Both the position numbers and the translations under genes were made by a program. Below are positions 62,745-64,000 of a stretch of 64,000 nt of DNA, in pieces. This DNA is from the human T2T-CHM13v2.0 reference genome, Homo sapiens: the NCBI RefSeq assembly GCF_009914755.1, contig NC_060937.1; one strand, 5' to 3'. Position 1 is the stretch's first letter. Every line of letters begins with the position of its first letter. Under the pieces are notes generated by a model. The model was not told the origin of the DNA. It did not search any database and saw only the letters and a program-made list of their open reading frames with translations.

Positions 62745-64000
62745 GTTTTTGAAAAAGTTAACAAAATAGACAAACCATTAGCTAACTTATTCAAGGAAAA
62801 AATGCATAACTATGTAAAATAAGAAATAACAAAGAGAAGTCATCTTTGAAACAGAATACATTAAAAATAATTTGATTAAAAAATGGGCAAACGATCTGAA
62901 TAAACTTTTCCCCAAAGAAGACATAAAAATGTCTAAGAGGTGTATGAAAAGGTGCTCAAGATCACGAATGATCAGGGACATGCAAATTGAAACCACTATG
63001 ATGTATCACCTCACACCTATAAGGATGGCTATTATCAAAAAAGATACAAGATAACAAATGTTGGCAGGGGTGTGGAGAAACACCCTAGTACACCGTTGAT
63101 GGGAATGTAGATGGGTACAGCCCTTGTGGAAAACAGTATGGAAACTCCTAAAGAAATTAAAAATAGAACTACAGTATGACCTAGCAATCCCTATTCTGAG
63201 TATATATCCAAAGAAGATGAAATCACTACCTCATAAAGATATTTGCACTTCCAAGTTTATTGCAGCAGTAGTCACAGTAGCCAAGCTATGGAAACAATCT
63301 AATGTCCATCGATGGAAAAATGAATAAAGAAAATGTGGTATATACAGTTGATCTTGAACAGTACGGATTTGAACTGTGTGAGTTCACTTATACGTGGATT
63401 TTCTTTGATTTCTACCATGCCACCACTGAGACAGCAAGACCAACCCCTCCTCTTCTTCCTCCTCCTCAGCCTACTCAACATGAAGACAATGAGGATGAAG
63501 ACCTTAATGATGGTCTCTTTCCACATAATGAACAGTAAATATGTTTTCCATATGGTTTTTGTAACATTTTCTTTTTATTGTAGGAATATAGTACATTATA
63601 CATATACAAAATATGTATTAATTGACTATGTTATTGGTAAGGCTTCTGGTCAGCAGTGGGCTATTAGTAGTTAAGTTTTTAGGGAGTCAGAATTTATACT
63701 CAGATTTTCAACTGTGCAGGGGTTGGTGCTGCTAACACCCGAGTTCAAGGGTGACTTGTATTTACAATGGGATATAATTGAGCCTTTAAAAAGAAGGAGA
63801 TCCTGCCGTTTCTCACCCATGAATGGACCTATAGGATGTTATGCTAAGTGAAAAAAGCCAGACACAGAAAGAAAAGTATTATGTGATCTTACTTATATGT
63901 GCAATATTATAAACCAAAAAAGAGCTCAAATATAGAAATAGAGAATGAAACAGTGGTTACCACAGGCAGTGGGGAGGGCAGAGGAAATGGGGAGATGTGG
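62745..64000 (+). mobile_element. L1M ORF2 C-terminal / 3' UTR remnant, split by Tigger2a
   Basis: Peptides IKKWANDLNKLFPKEDI and WKTVWKLLKKLKIELQYDLAIP. Confidence 0.85.
63345..63758 (+). mobile_element. Tigger2a (TcMar-Tigger MITE)
   Basis: TIRs CAGTTGATCTTGAAC / GTTCAAGGGTGACTTG with TA flanks. Characteristic GAGACAGCAAGACCAACCCCTCCTCTTCTTCCTCC. Confidence 0.88.

Overview
Human genomic DNA (it contains an AluYa5 with all five diagnostic bases), repeat-rich and almost entirely non-coding. The one recognisable gene feature is a CpG island (~33.8-35.7 kb) carrying the promoter and first coding exon of TDRD3 on the + strand: ATG at 35057, MAQVAGAALSQAG(W), GTAAGT donor at 35098. The gene call rests on my recall of the TDRD3 long-isoform N-terminus. 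Bases 1-33.8 kb are upstream intergenic sequence, and 35.1-64 kb is intron 1, with no exon 2 found in the window. Most of the rest is transposon debris: Alu, L1, L2, MIR, MaLR/ERVL LTRs, and hAT and Tigger DNA elements. Subfamily names are from recalled consensus sequences, not a RepeatMasker run. Nearly all ORFs in the supplied track are repeat-derived or GC-content artefacts. I see no evidence for a new multi-gene system. The most interesting structures are an L1 3' transduction carrying ~370 bp of foreign DNA (57.1-57.9 kb), a full-length sense THE1A with a post-insertion 147-bp LTR duplication, DUX4-type motifs and a splice donor, a four-layer nested insertion topped by a near-pristine AluYa5, a dyad-symmetric CCAAT/AP-1/CCAAT promoter core, and a strong splice acceptor just upstream of the 'first' coding exon.
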